From contig BFEA01000028.1 in assembly GCA_003427395.1 (NCBI GenBank), forward strand, positions 318,183-369,018: a stretch of DNA of 50,836 nt. Direction: 5' to 3'. Below, piece after piece: positions 49,390-50,836 of this stretch. Within the stretch, counting starts at the first letter, position 1. Each line of letters begins with the position of its first letter. This DNA comes from Chara braunii. Taxonomy: Eukaryota > Plantae > Charophyceae. The position numbers and the translations under genes were made by a program. The notes below the pieces were generated by a model, which ran no database searches, had not been told where the DNA came from, and saw nothing but the letters and a program-made list of their open reading frames with translations.

Positions 49390-50022
49390 TTCTTCCCTAA
49401 GGGGTTGTCACCACCCTTAAGGACAAACCCCTACCGAGCTACTTACCCACATATGAAAGTTTTTATATGCAATCGTAGAGGTAAGTCGGTCGAGGGCGTT
49501 TGCTCATTCGCTGTACTATAAGAAACACTTGGTTAAACGCCACGTAGACTTGAACGCCGTCCGTTCCCTATGACGCTGATCTCCTAAGTACGGAGCGTAC
49601 GTTGGTCGACTTGAATGGTCTCAACGAAGCGTGAAACCCGTAAAATAATCATAGTCCCTTGACAATTTTTTGAAAACAAAACAGTAAAATCAATACACTT
49701 TATATCATATCACGCAAAATCGGGTTTTCAACTTGATGAGATGGTTTGCCGAAGTTATTCTTCGCAGCCTATATGACCAAAGATCTTTATACTGTCATTT
49801 TTTGATACACAAGTTCGCTATTGACGAAAAAATTATAAACAACCAAGCGTGTAAGCCATAAAAATTTCATAGTCCCTTGATAATTTTTTGAAAACAAAAC
49901 AATAGAATCAATACACTTTATATCATATCACGCAAGATCGGGTTTTCAACTTGATGAGATGGTTTACGCAGCCTATATGACCAAAGATTTTTATACTGCC
50001 ATTTTCTGATATAGAAGCTCAC
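49390..50022 (-). repeat. Resumption of family A LTR, with an internal ~170-bp duplication
   Basis: Matches 34472-34930 and 19848-20290. 49628-49820 is repeated at ~49846-50020. Confidence 0.88.
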
Positions 50023-50685
50023 TCTTAGGCATGCTTGCAGAACTGGTTGAGGAGCACCCGCTTTCCCCAACCTCCTATGTTGCCGATTCGACTTCCTAAT
50101 GCCCGCCTGACCAGCGAGTACGAGCAGACTAACGCTCGCCGACAGGAAGTCTTCGCTAACACCTTCTAATCCCCTCCCGCCATCACTACACTCCTCCGAG
50201 AAGCGTATATGGCTTAACTCACCGAGGGAACATGGCTACAATCAAGGAGACGTATTCTTCGCAGGCGCTTCGCTCACAAGTATGTTTCTGCTCAAGCATA
50301 CCCACTGATAAATCCCTTAAAAAACCACCCTACCTTCTTTCCCCAGTCCATTTTTTTTTAATTCCCCCCCCCCCCTCCCAATCTGCTAACTAGTACGGAG
50401 CATTCTCCCTCTGACGAGCTGCTATGGGTGCTAAGCAGCGAAAAAGGGCGTGCACCCCCCAATGGTTGTCTTCAACAACCATCTCTAACCTCAGTCTAAC
50501 CTCTAATCTGCTCCCGCCTAATTGATGATATAAAACTAACATGCATCCTCCTAGTATGGAGTTGATTACTAAATTTCCCTCTCTTAAAACTAATATGTGT
50601 ATGGCCTACTGCTAACTTGTCGCGTGTTTACGATTGGACAAATACATGGTCTGGTTCCCCATTGTATATGGGGCAGTCGTGTTAT

Positions 50686-50723
50686 ACACACCCATTACAC
50701 ACACACACACATTGACACACACA

Positions 50724-50764
<41 letters not shown>
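50686..50764. repeat. (CA)n microsatellite
   Basis: Directly visible. Confidence 0.95.
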
Positions 50765-50766
<2 letters not shown>

Positions 50767-50802
50767 GTCTCTTATACACATCTAGATGTGTATAAGAGAC
50801 AG
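50765..50802. other. Nextera mate-pair junction adapter (two head-to-head Tn5 mosaic ends); sequencing artefact
   Basis: Exact CTGTCTCTTATACACATCT + AGATGTGTATAAGAGACAG. Confidence 0.99.
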
Positions 50803-50836
50803 GACAAGGGGTGCGTTGGAGTATTAACGTGGGGAT

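Noticed and set aside
50765-50802. Genuine Tn5/IS50 transposon ends or horizontal transfer
   Set aside because: The sequence is the synthetic mosaic-end pair used in Nextera mate-pair libraries.

Overview
Eukaryotic, gap-containing scaffold made almost entirely of nested transposable elements. The plant-type U2 sequence, tRNA-Asp PBS and chromovirus suggest a streptophyte, possibly a charophyte alga such as Chara (inference). From left to right it contains: probable exons of a spliced RING-finger gene (-); a decayed LINE RT fragment; a near full-length but disrupted L1/Tx1-like LINE (+, ~5.2-12.1 kb); a fragmented Ty3/gypsy chromovirus (-, ~13.5-19.6 kb); an LTR-like repeat split by a 7,340-bp non-coding TGTCG...CGACA insertion (probable giant solo LTR); a second copy of the pol-fragment + LTR block (~32-37 kb); a decayed non-chromovirus Ty3/gypsy element with a tRNA-Asp PBS (-, ~37.5-43.8 kb); and, inside its 5' LTR, a ~4.3-kb fold-back structure whose arms carry four U2 snRNA 5' fragments, with a tRNA-headed SINE-like insert at its centre. 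The window ends in a Nextera mate-pair adapter artefact. The two most unusual observations are an array of 11 covarying stem-loops with a conserved ATCTTA loop inside the giant LTR (22.8-23.7 kb) and the U2-bearing palindrome. All alignments and pairings were done by eye, so boundaries are approximate unless stated.
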